From: the human T2T-CHM13v2.0 reference genome, Homo sapiens
NCBI RefSeq assembly: GCF_009914755.1
Contig: NC_060927.1
Strand: one strand, 5' to 3'
Length of the DNA: 64,000 bases
The notes beneath the pieces were generated by a model. It was given only the letters and a program-made list of their open reading frames with translations, did not search any database and had not been told where the DNA came from. Positions 52,606 through 64,000 of this stretch are shown piece by piece. A program made the translations under genes and the position numbers. The stretch's first letter is position 1. Each line of letters opens with the position of its first letter.

Positions 52606-54122
52606 TAAACAGTCATCACCATATACTTTATTATTCTCATTATAGCTGCCAGACCAGTGGACACTAAAGCCATTGCCAAAAATGTGTACAGTTTTTCCAC
52701 CAAATGCCAGAATTTAGAATATTGCATGGCGATAAAACATTTCTCTTTTAGGTCAGTGTTTTTAAAGTTTTATTATAGAACCTTTCTCTCTGTGGTTGGG
52801 CATCTGCCATGAGGAGAAAAGAGACTTGAAAAATCTGGGGGATTATGGGAAAAACTTTAGTGTTAGAACAAATATAATGATCATCATGATTAATTTTTAT
52901 ATTGCCTCATGCATTAAAAACAGAATTAAAATTTACTTTTGTGTATCAGTAGTGTCATTCTGCTTTAAATGTAAGAAAATCCTGAAGATGTCTGGGTCTG
53001 AAACTTTAAATGGCATATGAGAATTTAGATTCATTTAATTTTTTTTTTTTTTTTTTTTTTGCTGTTTATTATGCAAAGACGAGTATTCGTTTCCTTCACT
53101 TCAAGGAACGTCCATGAGTTGTGGAAAGGGTAAAACAAATTATTTTTATAGTTCTGCAAAACTTCAAAGCCATAGAAACATAAGAGAATAAAACTTTCTA
53201 CTTTTGAAACCTGTGTCTAAAGTCAAGCTTATGACTTTGGGTGTCAACTTAAGGGAAATGATGTAGAAGACCTGAGAAAAGACCCATGTTTTCATGATCT
53301 GTGGAACTAACTCAGTAAGGTCCTGGAAGACAAACGTGTTTGAAAAAATAATTCTTGGTCACTATTTGGTTCTGATTGGTTGCCTGGCTGACAAAATAAA
53401 TTTTAGGTGTAACTTGATAGTATTATATGTGTCTAGTATTAATCAGTTATTTTCAATGCACTCAAGGAATAAAAAATGCCAACATGATCAAATTAAATTT
53501 GAAGTTTCATTTCATCAGCTATCCTATTTTTTCTTTCTTTTGTTTTCATCTCTCTCAAAACTGATCTAGTAAGAAGGCAGTCTTCATCTATATGTACTCT
53601 AAAGCATCTGAGAAAATTAAATTTTTGCTCTATCATGCAGATACTTGGTTTTCACAGTGGAAACCATCAAGATATTTGAGAGTCACTCATTGATTAATAA
53701 CCTACCCTTTAAAAATAGTTCACAAAATTCTATCTGTATGATTACTAATGGGTCAGTTCCTCTAAAGGCAAGAATGTATTTTGAATAGAGCTATCAGCAG
53801 TACTGAACAGGATGGAAATTTGGTCCAACTTTCCTCAACAATTGACTACATCTGCTGTATACAACTGTAGTCATGGATTGCAAAATAATTTGCTGGTTCA
53901 GTTCCATCAGTTTCCTTTTTATTTCAGACCTCATAAAACATAAGGGCAAGCTTCCAAGTCAAGGGTTGTATTTTAGGTGATGCAATCAAGTTGCAATAAA
54001 CTTATTTCATCTTCATGAAGAAATCATTGACTTTGAGGTCATTATCACTGAGACAGCCTAGGAAAGCATGCCAGTTCCGCTTTTAACACTAATTTTTGCC
54101 TATTAAAAAATTATCACTTCAC

Positions 54123-54210
54123 ACATTCATGTAAAATATAATTCCTGTTACTTACAGGCAGTGCATACATTGATGTAAAATATATTTCCTGTTGCTTACA
54201 GGCATTGCAT
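54123..54210. repeat. 44-bp tandem duplication, 2 copies, 40/44 identical
   Basis: acattcatgtaaaatataattcctgttacttacaggcagtgcat versus acattgatgtaaaatatatttcctgttgcttacaggcattgcat. Confidence 0.95.
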
Positions 54211-55959
54211 ACGTTTACTTAAAATCAATCTGCAATTGCTTATTGTTTATAGGCAAATATTATTTAAACCCCAACCTATGTAGTATGGATGGTATAATTT
54301 TCTCCTCCCATAAATGTCAAAGAAAGCTATCATAAACTTGATAGGTCATATTTTGACTTCATATGACAATTTATTTTATTTCTAGAGAGGGTCAATCTTG
54401 ATAGGGAGTGTTTGTTCAGTTCTAGCAAAAGCAAGAAAATATATGAATTAAGTGTCATGACATCAGAGACTTAGGCAGTTCAACACTTAAAAAATTGCAA
54501 ACATAACTAAGAAAACCTCAGAGGTTTTTATGGGAGTTTGTTTGCTGCACAGAAAATAAACATCAGACTAACAACAAGGTTTTGATTAGTTTTGCCTGTT
54601 AGCTGTATGAAGAAAACATTTCTAAATACAAAGTTTTCTAGGAAGTTGAGTCACTATTTAAAATCCATTGCTTTGACCAATGTGAAGCCAACAGGGTTTT
54701 CATTCATATAGAATGCCTTTTTATCAAAAGAGGCTCTGAGTGTTATACCAAAATCAGCACCCAGCTGTTTTCAGTATGCGCAAGAAAACATGAACGTCCC
54801 CCAAAGCAAATGTACTCCATTCCGTGTTAACCTTATTTCTGCTCCCTGGTCTCTGATTAGTCTGGTTGATGAATGTAGCTTCCCCTTTGGCCATGCACTC
54901 ACAGCTTTGAAGGAGGCTTCTGAAGGAACTGGTAGGGAACCCTAGGGGCTCTTGCTAATGTTGTTGGATAGTCACTGAAATCAGTGATCACCATGTCCTT
55001 TCACTTTGAAAATTCTATGATTCTGTATAATCAAACAACCTAACTCACTGGATTTTTCACTTTTCAACCAGCTATTCCGTGTCTTACAGTGCTCTGGTCT
55101 TCACAGATAGGTAGGCACCTGGCATGTCAGTTGCCTGAATTTGAAAGTTTTCACCTGTATGTTTTGGTACGATAAAAATAAAAATGTAATTTATATATCT
55201 GAATCAGGTCTGTATGTTATGATCAATTGCTCAGCAATTTCGGGCAGTTGGTTTGATGGTTATGTAGTAATGTAGCCTGAGAGCAGAAATACAGAGCCTC
55301 TGGGCTAGAGAAAGTATAAATGGCATCCTAGGCTATGTAGGGTTACAGCTCTTCAGAAGGAACTTTCATTTTCATTGTGACACATCGTCTACATGTTGTA
55401 GAAGAACATAGTTTCAGAATTCTTCCAGTTAGAAACATAGTTTCTCAAATATTCACTTTCAGCATTGGGTAGAAAAAGTACCCAGGTGATGGACTGATTG
55501 ATATGCTTCAGAAATATGTTTTTTCCTGCAAGTAATGAAAATAAACACACGTTCTTAATTATTTTGGTCATTTAACAACCCATCATTTCTGGACCATGGG
55601 TTAATTCCACCGATTGCTCAGAAGCCTTCCTGAGTCATCTCAAGCACAATCAATTCACTACTGTGTCTAGACACTGCCCTTAGAGGAAAGCTCAAAATGA
55701 AAATGAAGCAGAAATACAGACCCACTTCCTAGGCCACTCAGCGGTGTATGTAACTTACCAAGTGATCATTGCATCAACTACTCTTTGTTAGTGAAGCTGG
55801 TGTCTGCAGAATCTTGATAAAAAGACTCATGGATAATGTTGCTTCTTTAGTCAAATGGGCTCTTGCATGCATTTTTATAGATTTTCAAAGTAGTCATTTT
55901 TGTTTTAAAATCCTGCTGCCAAGTCCTTTATAGTAATTGCATTTTAAAAATATGTCTTC

Positions 55960-56266
55960 TTTATTTTTTATTATTATTTTTTTTTGAGATGGAGTCTCGC
56001 TCTGTCACCCAGTCTGGAGTTAAATGGTACAATCTTGGCTCACTGCAACCTCCGCCTCCCAGGTTCAAGCAATTCTCCTGCCTTAGCCTCCTGAGTAGCT
56101 GGGATTACAGGTGCCCGAAACCATACCCAGCTGATTTTTGTATTTTTAGTAAAGATGGGGCTTCACCATGTTGGCCAAGATGGTCTCGAACTCCTGACCT
56201 CAGGTGATCCACCCACCTCAGCCTCCCAAAGTGCTAGGATTACAGGCGTGAGCTACCACACTGGCC
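55960..56266 (-). mobile_element. AluSx-like
   Basis: Antisense dimer; TSD-like tgtc(t/c)tctttattt. Confidence 0.93.
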
Positions 56267-56304
56267 TTGTCCTCTTTATTTTTAATAAAATTATTTAGTC
56301 ATTA

Positions 56305-56622
<318 letters not shown>

Positions 56623-57121
56623 GAATTGTGACTAGTGAATAATTCATATTCAGAGCTCTTTTTAATGTATGAACTAAATAATAAAATAGTAAGTTTAGGC
56701 TAAGTGCCCTTTTTATTTTTAAAATTTTCTGTATTTATTATTACTATTTTTAGAGATGGAGTCTCCCTGTGTTGCTTAGGCTGGGCTCACCTCAGCATCT
56801 GGAGTTGCTGAAACTATAGGCATGTGCCACTGCACCTGACCTATTTAAGAAAATAATCTAGAGAAGAATTGACATGTTATTTATGAATCATTCAGTTAGG
56901 TTTTCTCTATAACATTGAGATTTGGTTAAAAATATGTTTTTCATAAATTTAAAAACTATTGAAATCTTAGCTTTGCTGACTAGGATGTCTTATTATATAA
57001 ATGAGAGAGAGTTTGTAATTTTTTAAAAAAAACTGACAACTTTCAAAATAGTTTCTCAGTGGCTTCATAAAAATCCAGAAAAAAAGATTTCACAAATTTT
57101 TGTGACACTCAACATTTTTAA

Positions 57122-57554
<433 letters not shown>

Positions 57555-57649
57555 TAACCTATTCCTTTTTTTTCTTTAGTCTTCTTGGTTGTGTAAAGAA
57601 AAATTACCCAAATCTTAACTTTCAGAAAAGGTAACAAACTCCTAATGCA

Positions 57650-58830
57650 TGTGGCAGTACATGTTTGCTCCAGCTGCCCTGTCCCTCTACCCTGCGTGGA
57701 CTCCAGAACCGCCCATGTTGGAGCCCACCTCCTTTCCCCACCCCTGCCCACTTTCCACTCACACCTCAGGCAAACCCTGCATTTTGCTGTTCCTGGAAAA
57801 TGGCTTATGCTTGGATACCTCTGGGCCTCTGTTGATGCGTCTGTCTGTTCCTTGTGGAAATTCTTCCTGACATTCAAGGCTGCATTCAAATGCCTTCCTT
57901 CCCATGAGACTTTTCTGATTCCCTGCTCTTCCTTTTCTATGTGTTTCATACCTTCCTGTGATATCACATTCTGCCTTAAAAAGCAAGAGAGTGATCAGAT
58001 ACATATTACCAAAAAAAAAAAAATACCGATAGCAGTAAAAATGATAGAGAAAAGACTGGAATTGGGAAATCCATCTGAAGACCAATGCAATATTAGGAAA
58101 TAAGACATTGAGAAGGGTGAGAAGAAAGGAAATTGAGAGAAATATCAGAGCAGTGACCAATGAATAAAAGCGCCTGAAGGGAGAGAAGTTGTCAAAGATT
58201 ATTTAGGATATCTAATTTGGGTGATAGAATGAATTAACCAAGAGAGGAACACAGGAATAAGAGCCAGTTTGGAGGAGAAAATTTTAAATTCAGTTTTATA
58301 TTGTGTTAGAGATGCCTATAGAGTATCCAGCAACTACGTATAGAGGAATATAGGAGGATGTGAAAAATAAGGCTCCAAATTTCAGTGAAGAGAGAGCAGG
58401 AATCATCAGCACCCATTGTAGGTTAGAGAGGTCACACTAGGGACCACAGAATACAAGCTAAGGGAGAGGCACCATCAGAGAGATCTGGAGAGCAGCTGGC
58501 AGAATGTTAGAGGACCCAGAACAGCAGGAACCAGGACAAGAAATTTTGGAAATAAGAGGGCGGAGATGGTCACCAGAATTAAAGGCTGGGAGAATACTGA
58601 AGAGCTCAAGTCTATTGAGAACTTAGAAGAGGCCATTAGTTCTGGCCGAGAGAAAAGCATTCAGGATTTTTACAAAGTTTTGGTAAATCCCAGTGAGCGC
58701 AAAGCTAGACTGCAGTAGATCGAGAAGTGAATAGAAAGTGACAAACACAGACGGAGTGAAAACAACTCTTTCAGTAAGTTCAGTGGTGGAGGAAAGATAG
58801 CTTAAAGAGGAGGTAATAGTAGAGTCAGAA
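57650..58830. mobile_element. Degenerate L2 fragments in mixed orientation
   Basis: L2-like pyrimidine-rich then purine-rich tracts. Confidence 0.5.
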
Positions 58831-59284
58831 CCTTCAACCTGGGCAGAAAGGCCAGAGCCAGTACAGAGAGGCACACTAGAGAAAGACTCATCTGTGTAAT
58901 ATACCCAGTCTCCCCTACCAGACATGTCCTTTCCATCCTTTCCCCCAGCCCCATCTGTGCAGCACAGTGTTGCATCAACGAAGTGTTCAGTGAATGAATT
59001 AAAGGTTGTCAGGAAGACTTCAGGGAATCAGAGATTGAGTTAGAAGGTGAGCTGGTGGTGTTTTGCTCATCTTCATTTTTGAAAGAAACCTAAGAAAATG
59101 TTTAAATGTCCTCTACAAATAGTGTGAAAAATGGTACCTCTGCATAAAAATAATTTAATATTAGTGCTAAAGTTGCTCCTTGTTTTCCTTTAGAGGAACT
59201 ACAAAAGGATAGTTATTAGATTGCCAAATCCTGCAGAACCTCCAGCAGGCACAAGTTGGTTTTTCTCCCTCAAGAAAGAGAAGT

Positions 59285-59847
59285 GAGCCAAGCGTGGTGG
59301 TGCATGCCTGTGGTCCCAGCTACTCAGGAGGCTGAGGTAGGAGCTTCCCTTGAACCCAGGTGTTCAAGGCTGCAGTGAGCCAAGATCACACTACTGTGCT
59401 CCAGCCCAGGCAAGAGAATGAGACCCTGTCTCTTTAAAAAAAAAAGAAAGAAAGAAAGAAAAGAAAGAGAAAGGATGGAAGGGAGGAAGGAAGGAAGGAA
59501 GGGAGGGAGGGAGGGAAAAAGGAAAAAGGAAGGGAGGAAAAGAAGGAAGGAAAGAAAGAGAGGTGAGCCAGGTGTAGTGGCTCATACCTGCAATTCCAGC
59601 ACTTTGGGAGACTGAGGCAGGAGGATCACTTGGGCCAGGAGTTTTGGCGAGATCCCATGTCTACCAAAAAAAAAAAAAAAAAAAAAATTAGCTGGGCATG
59701 GTCATGTGTGCCTGTGGGCCCAGCCACTTGGGAGGCTGAGGCAGAATGATTGCTTGAGCCCAGAAGGTTGCAGTGAGCTACGATCATGCCACTACACTCC
59801 CACCTGCGTGATCGAGAAAGACCCTGTCTCTAAAAAAAAAAAAAAAA
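59285..59847 (+). mobile_element. Alu right monomer, GA-rich low-complexity tract (about 59437-59562) and a partially deleted AluJ
   Basis: Alu sequence and (GAAA)/(GGAA) repeats. Confidence 0.85.
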
Positions 59848-62660
59848 TTTTAAAAAGAGATGGGAAAACAACTTATTGGCAATAGCACATGTTCTTGTTT
59901 GTATGCAACAAACATATAAAAAGTAGAAAAATTGACCATAAGACATAGCCTTACTATTTTTCAAAAGCCTGATAATGATTGCAAATTCATCCCTTAGATG
60001 TGGAAAGACAAAAATAAGACTTGTCTTATTTCATTCTGTTATTTTCTATTGATTTATTATTTTGAAAACCTGCTTTAATTAACCTTAGTAATTAAGTAGC
60101 ATTTGTCTTTAATGCTTCTACAATTAGGTAGATGTTTTAAAAACATGCCGATTAATTGTTTCTTAGCGTTATACCCAGATCCAAAAAGCAGGACATCTAA
60201 CTATTCCATGTGCTTGGTGTTTGTGTGTTCAGCAATATCAGTACTAAATACACAATACAAATCTATAACATGCTAGTAGTAGCTACATTCAGCTCAATAG
60301 AAGTGTGTTGTATAAAGGAATGCCAATATGCTTTCCCAGAAGTTAATGAGTCTCTATCAAACCCAGTCTTCCTGAAGGGAGCCTACCAGCTCTGATATGG
60401 ATAATTTTTTTTACCAAGATACCAGATTTCTCTGTAGGTGATGAATTATTCCAAATAGGAAACTGCGTGCCAGTGTTCTGGAAGTTGCTCTGTGTGACAG
60501 GTGCCAGATCTGTAGAACAGACAGAATGTAATTTTTTTTGAGCCTCAAAAACTAGACAAATACTGCTTTTAAAAAGAGAGCAGAGCATTTTCTTGAGTAC
60601 TATGTAGACATTTGTAGAACTTTAGAGCTAAATTTAGAGCTAGAGGAAGGAAACTTTAGAATCTTCTTTTCTAAGTTCCTCATTCAGTAAATAAATCAGT
60701 TGAAGACCAGAGAAGTTCAGTAATTTTCTTAAAGCCACATAGCTAGTTTGTCACTGAGCTGAAACTAGAAATTAAGCTTCCTGACTGCATTCAGTGCAGT
60801 ATTCATTCCCTTGCTTTCCAGAGAGGCCAAAAGTTCTTGCTCAGTGACTCACAGTAAGACATGAAGCATTTTCCTTTTAAGATTAATCAGCAGTGGTAGA
60901 AGATTTGGAAAAATACACTTGTATATGAGTACACTCAGCCTTTATAGTTCTGACCCCCAATGCAGAATGTTCATCTTCTATTTCTAAGGTCTGACTTCAG
61001 TCTTTCAGGAAACACCTCCCAACCTCCTTCGCTTTCCTCCTCTTGGTTGTCAGATTCTCCACATGAAGGGTAGAACCTGAGGCTCAAGAATTACTTAACT
61101 AAAAAACACCATCTCACAAACAATTTAAAGATGGAAAGATAGAAATAGAGATAGGCAGACAGATGGACACATAGATTAGGGTTTCAGATTCTGTTCTTTC
61201 TCTGTGGGAGAGGTCAGCGTGCCATGACTACCAGCCTGGTCTAGAACCCACAGCAGCCATAGTTACCAAGACCACAGCAATAAAAGCTGTGTTTGTTAAG
61301 CATTGCCATGCACCTAGCACTGTGTTAAACACTTCCTGTGCCTCCTCTCATCACCTCACGTGAGGTAGATAGGTACAATTATGTGGGACTCAAAAGCAAC
61401 GAAATAATAAAACTGGCTTTTTTCCCCCTTAAAAAAGGTATGCGTGCCTCAGCTGAAAGACAGAAAAAAAAAAAAAAGTAGGCAAATAAAAATCCTTGTT
61501 TTCTGTACAATTTCAGATTTGTGTATGTTTTATGGGAATTTAGTCTCACCAAATGGGATCGATTTTTCATTCCTTTTATGAACTTCTGGTGTATAAAAAT
61601 GTTAAAATCACCTATATAATTGGTTGCACTGGTAGTTAAATGGAACCTAATTTGTAGCATGGGCATTTAACAATACAGATAATTTATTCATTAGAGTTAG
61701 CCTTTGGGGGGAACTTCAACTTACAAAAATACGTTTTAGTGAGATTATAGCAGAGGGATCTCACTTTAATATATCCTAATTCTAAAATGGTTTTTCGGGG
61801 TATTTTTTGGTTATATTTGTTAGGTGATAGAAAAGCAAGACTAGTAAATGTAGTAAGTGGCTATCTTTGGCTGTTTGTCCATTTAAATTAACTTTTTTGA
61901 TTACCCATTAGGAAAAAATTGCTTTTCTAGGTGTGTAAAGTTTTGCATATGATTATAGCCTCTTACCTGTAAAAACTGAATCAGAGCTTAGAACCATGCC
62001 TGGTGCACAATAGTCATTCAACAATTATTCCTTGAATAAAGAGACAGTATTGTGTGGTCTGTGAAATAACAAAAGTTCAGGAGCAACAGACACTTGGTGA
62101 TTCTAGTCACCTCTATTTTGTTATAGGATAACTGGTTTTCTCTGAGTTTTACACCAGAATGCCTTCTTCTTTTAATACGCCTTCTTACTTAGTGCTTTTC
62201 TCATGATCATTTTCCCAAACTTCCTAATGGACATAGTGTCTCATTTTCTGTCTGTTTTTAAACCTGATACTTTGGAGTTTAATCCATCAAACATTTATTG
62301 TTAACCTACTATGTGTATTTTGTTACACCTAGGAACAAAGATGAGAAAACATGTTACTCATATAATTTATATTCGAGTAGAATAACTGATATAAACCAAC
62401 ATCATAGTATAGTAACAGTTTAATACATGAGCTAATGTATGCATACAACAGGAGCCCAGCATTTAGGAAGCTTTTTATAAACTGTCCCAAACCCCAGGTT
62501 TTTTATATACTCCTAATTGAGTGGATGGATGGCCCATCAAAATGTCCCGTGGAAGACATATAATGTCAGAAGTTACCGAGTGACTCTGATAGGCTCTGCC
62601 TCCCCTACCCTCCGCACTCCTCAATTAGGAACTACTGGTGAACAAGAAATGAATGTAGTA

Positions 62661-63598
<938 letters not shown>

Positions 63599-64000
63599 CA
63601 TAAGGAATTCTATCTGAGCAAAGTGGTCAGGAGGTCACAGAGGATTTTGAAGGAATATGCTATCTGGGGTTTTCTTTCCATTGTATTTCAAAATACAGTA
63701 GACAAGGACTTAATATGTGCCAGAAATTGTACTAAGTGCTGAGGATACAATAATGAACAAGATTCCTGCCTTTGTGGAGATTATATGGCAAGGGAGGAAA
63801 GAAAACATTATAGATTAATTCCTGTGATCAGTGCTGTGAGATAAGGTCATATCCTGAGGGACCCAGACAAGCCTAGCACCAGGGGCTGGGGTCACCAGTA
63901 GATAAAAATATGAACAACCATACCCCAGCCCCATGGAACAACACAGAAAGAAAATGGGGAAGAGTGAGTAGGGAACAGGATTTTTGACCAAAACCTCCTA

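Noticed and set aside
54123-54210. Possible CRISPR-like repeat
   Set aside because: Only two adjacent copies, no spacer, mammalian intron
59437-59562. Polypurine tract with triplex potential and Lys/Arg/Glu-rich ORF
   Set aside because: Ordinary expanded Alu tail; no specific evidence of function

Overview
Human (great-ape-type) genomic DNA covering the middle of the PPARG nuclear-receptor gene on the + strand. It contains the PPARG2 promoter and coding exon B (11454-11535), then common coding exons 1-3 (39557-39784, 41175-41344, 52462-52600), which encode AF-1 and both zinc fingers; the ligand-binding exons lie beyond the window. The haplotype carries Ala12 (GCA at codon 12) and apparently the linked upstream alleles. 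The rest is intron, dense in Alu, L1, L2, MIR and DNA-transposon relics; almost all entries in the ORF track are repeat-derived or chance ORFs. I see no new multi-gene system. The best leads are: an out-of-frame uORF spanning exon B whose stop overlaps the gamma1 AUG; a MIR-derived 88-nt 5'UTR exon whose uORF ends at the same stop; a triple perfect AGGTCA DR2 array in an Alu; an L1 with a probable 3' transduction; a ~400-bp local duplication; a pogo/Tigger transposase fossil; and a candidate in-frame cryptic exon inside the DNA-binding domain. Repeat subfamilies and rs identifiers come from recognition or memory, not from searches.
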